A DNA stretch of 64,000 bases from Selaginella moellendorffii. Taxonomy: Eukaryota; Plantae; Lycopodiophyta. The stretch covers positions 1,318,733-1,382,732 of the forward strand of contig NW_003314264.1 in assembly GCF_000143415.4 (NCBI RefSeq), given 5' to 3'. Position numbers and translations under genes: made by a program. Below, one piece after another: positions 12,247 to 22,455 of the stretch (positions are counted from its first letter, which is position 1; each line of letters starts with the position of its first letter). The notes below the pieces were generated by a model. The model was given only the letters and a program-made list of their open reading frames with translations. It did not search any database and was not told the DNA's origin.

Positions 12247-13405
12247 TGTCGCGAATGTGACTTCAGGTATCGAAAGTTACCTGTCGGCTAGTCCTTACGG
12301 ACACTCTTACCTTACTGCCACGATGGCAGGAGGTCGGTATTGTTGGACCCTTTGTCAGCCCCTCTTGTTCAAGTGTTAGTAAACTGAACTTTGCATCTGT
12401 ACTTGGCCGGATGAGCATAAGGAAGGAGTTCCTAAGTGTCTATTTAGTTGATCATACTCGGCCTGGCTTGTTAGTTCTCTTTTGCTCTGTCTTGCACTGG
12501 CTTGACAAAAACCCTTGCGTATTGAGATTAGTCCCTCAATATTGCTACATGATAGCTTACCGTGTCTACCAAACACCCTCGCTATCATGCCTTTTGTGTT
12601 AGTCTCATTTCGGTCCCAAATGCTATTTATGGAAAGTGTCCAGATTTGCTCATTTGGCATATTTACATAATGTAGAGATCGTCCTGAACACAATGGTGTT
12701 CGTCCCATGTCCAAATTCGCAATCTAAGGACATTCCATATTTGGTAAGTTTCGAGTTTGTCCCAGAGACTAACTCCTGATACTAAGGGAGGCTTGGGGTG
12801 AAAGCCCAAAGCGTGTGTTCCTCAAGGGGGGGGGGGGGGGGGGGGCTGCTATGGGGGGTTCCAAATATATAGTAGGGATAGTGGGTAGGTCAGGCATGGC
12901 CGACCAATCTGAGGCATAATCTAGCTCCCACTTGCGTGCCTGTCTTTGTTCTGCGTCCGGCTTGGGTTTAAGCCCAAGTTCCACACCATGCTAGCTGGTG
13001 GAGTACCCATATCCTCACATTAGGCCACCGGTATGCCGAAATAGCGCCAGACTCTGTTTGGCTCCATTTTGCGTGCTGGTCCTGGCATTGGGATGCTGGT
13101 TGCTCCAGGACTGTTCCAAGTCGCTCCGGGCCCCTGTCCCTTCACTCCTTGAGCTGTATGCTCGGGAGTTGCTCTGTGGTCCGGTTCCATCACTCCTTAG
13201 CTCCACACTTGGGAGTTTAGCACCGTTCCTTCGTTCAGTGGCCCAAGGCCCTGAACTTCGGGTTCCTATGGACACGTGGCATGGACACGTGGCATGTGAC
13301 ACATGGCATCTGTCACGTGGCACAAAGAGGGTTTAAGTTCTGCTTCGTGGTGTTATCCTATAGTAAATCACCATAGGATAAAGGGTCAAAACCATGTGTG
13401 CTACA
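12247..13405 (+). repeat. 5' LTR
   Basis: TGTCGCGAATG...GTGTGCTACA; direct repeat of 18973-20107. Confidence 0.95.
13271..13321 (+). promoter_or_regulatory. Tandem G-box/ABRE-like motifs (CACGTGGC) within the LTR
   Basis: GACACGTGGC-ATG-GACACGTGGC-ATGT-GACACATGGC-ATCT-GTCACGTGGC. Function is not shown. Confidence 0.5.
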
Positions 13406-13407
13406 TT

Positions 13408-13418
13408 TGGTATCAGAG
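13408..13418 (+). other. Primer-binding site complementary to initiator tRNA-Met
   Basis: TGGTATCAGAG, 2 nt after the LTR-terminal CA. Confidence 0.95.
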
Positions 13419-14865
13419 GATAAGTCTCAGCAAGTACTATTCAATGAGATTGGGCAACTAGTCTCATTGCATACGCAGAGATGAAAACGATGATCCGAGT
13501 GGGTACACGTTTGGGTGCTAAGACTTTGCAATTGTTCCTTGGGAATGGATTTGGTTACCTTGTTGTACCTTATGATGTGAGCTTGCTCTTGGGCTCATAG
13601 GATGGATTTGAGGTGTACCATCTTGCACGAGTTTTCGCTTGGGCTCGTGAGTGAGGCACATTAGCAACTCAAGGTTGCACTTTGAGTTGGCAGGATTAAT
13701 GTTAGCCTATTGGTGGTTCCATGAGTTGTTCCATGTACCATGGGTAAAAAATAAACCTTCCCTGGGTTTGCTATGAGTTGCAAATGGGCTAGTCCATAGC
13801 TATTTAGCACGGCACTAATGGATCCTTCCTAGGCATGTTTACAAGTGGATCAATCAAGACTATAGGGATTAGTCTATTGGTTCAAGTAGTCATTGCCATG
13901 CTCTCTCATAAACTTTTCTTGGATTGGACTGAAGGCAGTGCGAATGCAAGCTTGAGGTTTAGTCAAAGATGAGACCGAAAAGAGAGTCGTCAGGGACGAA
14001 AGATCAAATACGTAAATCATCTTCTCTTCTTGGAGAGATGATTTGCAACGAGGTGTGACTCATTGCTTGTGTTCACATTATGCAATCAAGAGTCCCTACC
14101 TTGATGCATGTTGGAAGTGATGGTCTTACAAGTGGTGAGTTATGGGATGGATAGTGGTGAAACACTAAACCATTTTGTCTAGGCTTGCTATTGGAAGACT
14201 TGAGTTGCAATGCTCAATTCTTTTCTGGGGAACCTTGCTATTGCTCCTTGAGTAGCTTGGTGTTGGATTAGTTTTGAGATTGGTCGGAAAGAGAGTGGCA
14301 TGAGCTTGTCTGTGTTGTGAACAAAAGTTAGTGATGTTAGGTGTTGTAAATCTCTATTGATGGGGTGTGGCATTTATGTTGCATTTTGTCGAATCAGGTT
14401 GGCACTTGATATTCACATAAACCTTTGCAGTAGTGATATGGGCATTGCTCATAGTGTTGCTTGATTGATGATCAAGTCATTGTGATTTATATCATATCCA
14501 TGTGATAATGAGCAATGTGTTTACGAAGTTGCTTGGGTAAATGATGATCAACCCCAAAGTGGTTGATGGAGAAGCTAATCTACTTGCACGAAATAGCATT
14601 GTAGTAGCTTTGATTGGATTCTCGGTGATGGTCCATTATGCTAAGCTTAAGTTGGTACTTTGTTCCTTGAGTTTGCCCATTAAGGTGTTGGAAAAGGGTT
14701 GTAGCATTCATTTGCTATAGCTCGTCAGTTGATCCGTTAGCACTTGGAGTAGATTGTTGGATGGAGAAAATGTGTAGTTGAGGCATTGACATCGCTAGCA
14801 CTTGTGTTAGTGGAAGTGGCATTGTTATTTCGAGTGATGAGGAAGTTTTCTTTAGAGCTTGATTT

Positions 14866-15465
14866 TGTAGCGCACGTGGTTTTGACCCTTTATCCTACGG
14901 TGATTTACCATAGGATAACACCACAAAGCGGAACCTAAACCCTCTTTGTGCCACGTGACAGATGCCACGTGTCACATGCCACGTGTCCATAGGAACCCGA
15001 GGTTCAGGGCCTTGGGCCACTGAATGAACGAATGGTGCCAAACTCCCAAGCATAGAGCCAAGGAGTGATAGAACCGAATCACGGAGCAACTCTCGAGCAT
15101 ATAGCCCACAGAGCGAAGGGACAGGGGCCCGGAGCGACTTGGAACAGTCCTGGAGCAACCAGCATCCCAATGCCAGGACTAGCATGCAAAACAGAGCCAA
15201 ACGGAGTCTGGTGCTATTTCGGCACAGAGCAAAAGAGAACTAAAAGCCAAGCCAAGAATGCTCAGCTAGAAACACATAGGAGTTCCTACCTTATGTTCAT
15301 CTGGCTAAGTACAGATGCTAAGCCCAGTTTACTAACACTTGGACAAGAGGGGCCAATGATGGGAACCAGCAGTACCGACCTCCTGCCATCATGGCAGTAA
15401 GGAAAGAGTGTCCGTAAGGATCGGTCGACAAGTATCTTTCGATACCCGAAGTCACATTCGCGACA
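14866..15465 (-). mobile_element. Internally deleted solo LTR of family A with perfect TSD
   Basis: Both LTR termini are present (TGTAGCGCACG...TTCGCGACA). Flanked by GATTT at 14861-14865 and 15466-15470. Deletion junction at ~15224. Confidence 0.93.
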
Positions 15466-18400
15466 GATTTTCCATGTCATTTTTCTTGTTAGTGTTTTGG
15501 TTTCACATTGGATCTTGAAGGTGATTGAAGAAGAGTGTTAGTGTAATGTGGATATCCGAAGATGTGGTCTTCATGATCAAGCCTTGGGTGTTCACTTTGC
15601 ACTTTGTGGATGTCGGTGTTAGATGTCGGTTATATGGGCAAAAATGTTCGATACTTAAGCATATTGTTGGATCATAAGAATTTGTGTTGAGGTGAGCCTA
15701 TGTGAAGTTGTAGGTAGGAGGAAGTTGGTTGAGTCTTGAAGGTTTACAATCCTAGATTGAGAGTCATTCTTTCTCTAGGATGGAAAATTTTCCACAAATT
15801 TTCTTAAACTTTTCCAATGGCGGATCTATTGGTCACTTTGCTCGAAAACCATTCCATTTTCATAAGCCAGTACAAACTAGTGAAAGGGTTGGAGTTGACT
15901 TCAGTTAGCTTAGACCTTGGTAGGTAGTTTGTATGATGCGACTCGAAAGGGGATGCTGACTTTTGGGGCTAAGGCAATTGAGTTGGATAGAGTCTAGAGT
16001 GGTATAGAAAAAGTGGCCGTTGCACTTTTCTAAGAAGGGTGACCCTTGTGCCTTTCTTTTGTAGCATTATGCTTGGTGGCAGGTTGCACTTTGCATTTTG
16101 TTAAGACTCTATGAGAGTAATGAGCTCTCACTGATCTTGACTTGGTCTTGGTGGCCCTACGCCTTGGCTAAGGATGGTGATGTCCAATTTAGTTGTTTGA
16201 GGTTGAGATGTTGGTACCTGTACTATAGCTTTGTCTATGAGGAGGTTGTGTACCGATATGAGTCCATCTCATGGTTTTCACTTTAGTTTCGATTGAGTGT
16301 TGATCGCATAGCTAGCCTCTTCAAGGCATGCTTAGAGCTAATGGCTAAATGTATTAGTGAGCTTCTTGTGGTTGAGTTGGATTCGAGTGGTCATTTAGTT
16401 TGTGCTTGTCTATGAACTTTTATCTCGTACCTGGGGTATCACGTTCATGTTGGACAAGTATATAACTTGATGACAAGAGTTGGTGTTTAGGTCTTGTGAA
16501 GGCAAGTTGAGGAGTGATTGATAGTTGCTTTGCGACTAGTGATTACTTATAGACTTCATCAAGGACTATTGACACTTGCTTTACTCGATGATGATTTAGC
16601 AGTGATGTGCTTGCTTTACTGGATGGTGTTGCGGAGGATCGTGTCATTAGACTTGAGTTTTTTTTTTTTCATGTGGGCATGTCAACTCTACCTCTGTTAA
16701 TATCATTTGGTTGCATTTAGTTCATAGTGTTGGATTTCATTGAGTCTTGGATGTGGTGATTCACTCCTTGAGGAAGTGTTATCTATAACTGAGTTTTGTT
16801 GAAGGATTGGTCTTGGATACTAAGTATAGTATCTTCGACTTTGGTTAGTTTGGTTGCTGGAAAGCTTCGAGTGGTGATTCACTCTTGCTTTCTTCTAGCT
16901 TTGTCCTGGTGTCAATGGCATTAAAGTGATGCCTTGTCATTGACATTGTTGATATTGAGACTTGAGTGAGATGAGATGTTTCTCCACAAAATTGATGTCG
17001 AGTTTCATTAGTCTTGATGAAGATAGTGTTGATGATTTGGCTATGGCTTTGTGTTATTGGCATTCGTGCATTCGCTAGTTAGCAACTGTGTTGATGTTCA
17101 AATGAACTGAGTGGCAAGTTGAGTTAGTTGTGTTCTAGACGAGATTATTTAGTAGGGGTTGAGTTTTAGCTTTTCCTTGAAAAGTGATTTAGTCGTGAAC
17201 TATGCTAACTTTACGAGAGGAAGAATTAGTGTTTGATATTAAACTATTTGAGTCCTTATTGGATTTGAGTTCGGGATATATCGATCGTTGATGATTCTTC
17301 TTGTGCTTGTAAATGGATTTATGGAGGATCGTTTAGTGATCACTTGTTGGGTATAGCTCCATTGTGCTTAGCTTTTGGATTGATGTAGAAATGCTCTTTA
17401 TTAGCTTTAGCATTATAAAGTTTGGCTTATGGATGTGTTGAGGAAGATATTATGGGTTGCACCATGATTTCTTCTTTAGCATTGAAGTTAGCTTCTATGA
17501 GACTTGTGATCATTAGTAGGCAAGATTTGGCTATAGGCTTCTTTGAGCTTTTGGTTCCTTGAGTTTTGTGCTCATAGTTCCATTTGTTAGAAGTTGTTGG
17601 GAAGGCATTTTGGCTCCTAGCTTCGATGTTGAAGTTAGTATTTGCATCTAGCAATCATTGGTGATGATTGACTATCATCTAGGATAGTTAATTATCCTTG
17701 TCAAAAGGTTTTGCTTGATTATTGTTGGTATAGAATGATTTGCCATTCTTCGGGATGGTGGATTACTTCTTAGACGATGATTATGTATCTCTTTATTGAT
17801 GGGATGATTAATGATCTTCTATGATGGTTAATTGTTTTCTTTGATGGCTTATGGCATTTTGCAAAAACCACATATACTTTGTGGTTTGCTCTGGATTGGT
17901 CTCTTGGGTTTGAGACATCAGTAGGATGTTGCTGACACTTGCTTTAGGCAACTCTAGTTCCTTGGTATTGTTGACCGGGATCTATTCAGATTAGCTAGTG
18001 CAATGGTTGATATGAACAAGTGTTTGTTGGTCTTGCAACATTCATTCTGTTCTGTTGATCATTGCTTGAGTTAGTTCTGATAGATTGGGACGTTATTTCC
18101 TTTGGGTGATACATTCACGAGTATTTTGTTTGCCAGTCAATGATACTTTGTGTTCTTTGAGTTATCTTTAGTAAGTTGTTTGGCTTACTGTCTGCTATCT
18201 TCGGTAGTTAAGTTTCATCATTGAGTTTACTTGATGATATACTTGCTATTGAATTTTGTTGGATGGTGAATCCTGTGTTTACCAATTATGATGATCTTGG
18301 TGGTTTCTATACTACAATACTTGTTTATCGGATGATAACTTACTTGGAATACTTTTGTGTTCTAATCTAAGATATATTCACTGACAATTAAATCTCTAAG

Positions 18401-18959
18401 ATATCATTGTCTATGACTTTGATATAGTACATATTTTGATATTTGAGTTTGGGCCAGTATAGGCAGACTGGCTTCGGCACTTCGTATGCATGTTGAAATC
18501 TCTAGTCATGGGGTAGCTACTGTTGACTGGTCACATAACCCACCTCTCTATCGCTGTTCCTTATTCCGTGAAAGGGCGTGACCGTGTAAACAACTCTAAC
18601 TACCTGTTTACAGTAGTCTATCTAAACCTTACCGACAGGTTTGGTTTCTTTGCTCATGAGGGTTGGGGCCTCTAGCTTCTCTCTCTATGTCCTTGCGGGC
18701 AGGGGCGTATCACACTTTTGTAGCTGGGTGACACCCAGAGCACCAAGGGTGGCTGACTCCGTTAGTCATTTCCTTGTCGGTGATGGCCGGAATGAGTCTG
18801 AGTTGGTAGCGCATCCGCGTAAGACAAAGAGGTTGCCCCTTCACTCATTTAAGTTGGTGCATTTCTCACATAGTGTGAGTACCGGGAACTTTTCCTGGAG
18901 TTGTATCCTTGGCAGTATTCTAGACTTGAGTATGCATCGACGAGGATGTCGATCTTCCC

Positions 18960-18972
18960 AAGGGGGGGAGAG
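18960..18972 (+). other. Polypurine tract
   Basis: AAGGGGGGGAGAG immediately before the 3' LTR. Confidence 0.93.
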
Positions 18973-20107
18973 TGTCGCGAATGTGACTTCAGGTATCGAA
19001 AGATACTTGTCAGCCAGTCCTTACGGACACTCTTACCTTACAGCCACAATGGCAGGAGGTCGGTATTGCTGGACCCTTTGTCAGCCCCTCTTGTTCAAGT
19101 GTTGGTAAACTGGACTTTGCATCTGTACTTGGCCGGATGAGCATAAGGAAGGAATTCCTAAGTGTCTATTTAGTTGATCATACTCTGCCCGGCTTGTTAG
19201 TTCTCTTTTGCTCTGTCTTGCACTGGCTTGACAAGAACCCTCGCGTATTGAGATTAGTCCCTCAATATTGCTACATGATAGCTTACCGTGTCTGCCAAAC
19301 ACCCTCCCTATCATGCCCTTTGTGTTAGTCTCATTTCGGTCCCAAATGCTATTTATGGAAAGTGTCCAGATTTGCTCATTTGGCATATCTATGGAATGTA
19401 GAGATCGGCTTGAACACAATGGTGTTCGTCCCATATCCAAATTCGCAATCTAAGGACATTCCATATTTGGTAAGTTTCGAGTTTGTCCTAGAGACTAACT
19501 CTTGATACTAAGGGAGGCTTGGGTGAAAGCCCAAAGCGTGTGTTCCTCAAGGGGGGGGGGGGCTATGGGGGGTTCCAAATGTATAGTAGGGATAGTGGGT
19601 AGGTCGGGCATGGCCGACCAACCTGAGGCATAGTCTAGCTCCTGCTTGCATGCCTGTCTTTGTTCTGCGTCTGACTTGGGTTTAAGCCCAAGTTCCACAC
19701 CATGCTAGCTAGTGGAGTACCCATATCCTCACATTAGACCACCGGTATGCCGAAATAGTGCCAGACTCCATTTGGCTCCGTTTTGCGTGCTGGTCCTGGC
19801 ATTGGGATGCTGGTTGCTCCAGGACTGTTCCAAGTCGCTCCGGGCCCCTGTCCCTTCACTCCTTGAGCTATATGCTTGGGAGTTGCTCTGTGGTCCGGTT
19901 CCATCACTCCTTGGCTCCACACTTGGGAGTTTGGCACCGTTCCTTCGTTCAGTGGCCCAAGGCCCTGAACTTCAGGTTCCTATGGACACATGGCATATGA
20001 CACATGGCATCTGTCACGTGGCACAAAGAGGGTTTAGGTTCCGCTTCGTGGTGTTATCCTATGGTAAAATCACCATAGGATAAAAGGTCAAAACCACGTG
20101 CGCTACA
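18973..20107 (+). repeat. 3' LTR
   Basis: TGTCGCGAATG...GTGCGCTACA. Confidence 0.95.
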
Positions 20108-21850
20108 ATTTGCCACAATGTTGTTCTACCTAAGTTTATACAGAATCTTGCAATCAAACTCAGCTAGAGCATTGGCCCACCGACCTTGTTTTCCTCTTAG
20201 GTCGGGCTATGACAAAAAGTGTTTCGTTGCCACATTATCCATGTAAACTTTGAAGTGCCTCCCAAAGGTAGTGTTGCCACTCCTTGAGTGCCTTGACCAC
20301 TGCAAATAATTCCTTCACATCGGCAGACTAGTTTTGTTGAGCCTTGTCCAACTTCTTTAAAAAGAACACTACTGGATGGTTGTTTTGCTTCAATATTGCG
20401 CCCAATACAAAGTTTGAAGCATCTATTTCTACCTCGAAATCCTTACCAAAGTCTAATAACATCAATACGGGAGCCTTTTTCAACTTCCTTTTGAGGTGGA
20501 CAAATGCCACCTTGTATTCCGCTGTTCATACCATTTTCTCTTTTCCCATTTGGTCCATTGAAGTAGGGCTACTCTCGAATAATGTTTGATAAACTTTTGG
20601 TAGTAATTATATAGCCCCAAAAATGCCCTTACCTCGTGTATATTTGATGGCCATTCCCATTCTTGGATTGTTTGGACCTTCTCAGGGTCCACCTTGAGCT
20701 CGTCCTTGCCCACCACATACCTTTTGTTGAGCAAAGTCACATTTGCTCTCTTTAGCATATAATTAGTGTTCTTTTAGTTTTTCAAACACCTTCACCAAGT
20801 GTTCAGCATGCTCCTCTAGCGTTTCGCTATAGATCAAGATGTCGTCAATGTAGATGACCACGAAATGATCTAGATAGGGTACAAAAATGTGGTTCATTAG
20901 CACTGAGAATGTCACTAGTGCATTGCACAGCCCAAAGGGCATCACTAAAAACTCAAAGCTTCTATATCTTATTTGATAGATTGTCTTCTTGACATCTTCC
21001 TCTAGTAGATCTGGTAGTATTCTTACTTTACATCAATCCTCAAGAAGTATTTTGCCTTTCCCAACTTATCGAATAAGTCTTCAATACTTGGTAAAAGGTA
21101 TTTATTCTTCTTTGTATACTTGTTGAGCAATCAGTAGTCTATACACATGTGCATAAATCCATCTTTTTTTTTCACAAATAACACTAGTGCCCCATATGAT
21201 GACTTGCTCAACCTAACATACCCTTTATCCATCAACTCTTTTAGTTGGTACTTGAGCTCTTCGAGTTCTTTTTTGTCCAAATGATAGGGGGGATGAACCA
21301 CTACCTTAGCACCCTCGACTAGCTCAATTTTATGTTCTATCAGTTATTCGGGTGGTAACCCTGCCAATAACTCTTTCTGCATGGTATTTTGAAATTGGTC
21401 TAACACCCGCTGGATCACTAAAGGTACTTCTTCTGTTCTGGTCTTTTTGTCACTCCTCATTGAGAGTAAGCACAAAAATGCTGCCTTAGTTTTTTTAGTG
21501 AGTTGTTCTCTTGAGGACACCAGATTCAAGCAGGAGTCTTTGGCTTTACATTGCCCTACCTTTAAATCCTAGGCATCCACCTTGGGTCATTCTTCCTAGG
21601 CATTCACCAATACCACAAGGTTTCTACTTTGTCCATGTAGGGCTACCACAAACCGATTGAGCTAATCCATCCCAAAGATCACGTCAAATCCCGCCATGTC
21701 CAATACAGTGAAATCCATATCTACTTTCCATCAAATTTTTCCTTGCCAATTTGCTAGCTTACCTTGTCTATTTGATCACTATGGCCTTGGCCTTAGTTAA
21801 GTTCCCTTACCAAGGTTCCCATCTATTGTACCAGCTCTTACTTGCTCCTA
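20108..21850 (-). mobile_element. Ty3/gypsy pol remnant: protease end, reverse transcriptase, RNase H (host element, 5' part)
   Basis: FDVIFGMD; MPFGLCNA...VVIYIDDILIYS; FEVEIDASNFVLGAILKQ. Many stops. Confidence 0.93.
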
Positions 21851-22455
21851 CTTGGTTTCAGCAACTCACTGCATGGGCAATGGAGCGTTAGCCATCCATC
21901 CACGGATTCCTAAATTCTCTTCCAATCACCCTTCTCAAGTTAGACTGGACTTAAGGTTTTGCTACACTCCCCACAGACACAAGCAGCCAAGCACACCAAG
22001 CCTTTAGGTTCTTAACATCCCTTGGTACAACAAGACTTAATAATAGGACCCTCTAAATCCCAAAGCTTGGGTGCAACACTTGCTTCTGGACATCGGGGGG
22101 AAACACTATGGCTTAACAGCCTAGTATAGTACCCCTACTCCCCCATTTACATCCCAAAGGAAAGGCCCAATCCCCTAGGAAGGGTGAGGACCAATAAATC
22201 GCAAGGGACTCAAGTGGGGCACCACTCCACATGAGTCGGGAGCACCACAGTCAATTTCCCTTCCAAGAGTGGGAGTTGCTCTTTAGCACTTCCTTGGGTG
22301 GCCCCCCTGGCACTACTTGAGTCCCACTTAAAGCCCCTAAGCCCTAGCCTCAACCTCAAGTCAGTTTGGAAGCACCACTGAAGATTTCCTTCAAGACTAG
22401 TTCTTAGACCTCACTATCCCTACTATAGTTTTGGAACCCCTTGCAACCTCCCCCT
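21850..22455 (-). mobile_element. Family-B-like LTR remnant with PPT
   Basis: The minus strand reads AGGGGGAGGT-TGCAAGGGGTTCCAAAACTATAGTAGGG, matching 4393-4433. Confidence 0.55.

Larger units (their letters stand above)
12247..20107 (+). mobile_element. Structurally complete LTR retroelement without intact gag/pol (non-autonomous, LARD-like)
   Basis: Two highly similar TG...CA LTRs, PBS, PPT and 5-bp flanks ATCTG/ATTTG. The ORF track shows no recognisable gag/pol ORF inside. Confidence 0.92.

Noticed and set aside
12376-13336. Recurrent 60-120-aa ORFs (also at 187-640, 14895-15480 and 18901-20083)
   Set aside because: They recur only because they lie within LTR copies. Their lengths and frames are not conserved and they have no domain motifs.
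13408-13418. tRNA gene
   Set aside because: Only the 11-nt PBS complementary to tRNA-Met is present. No tRNA or rRNA gene was recognised in the window.
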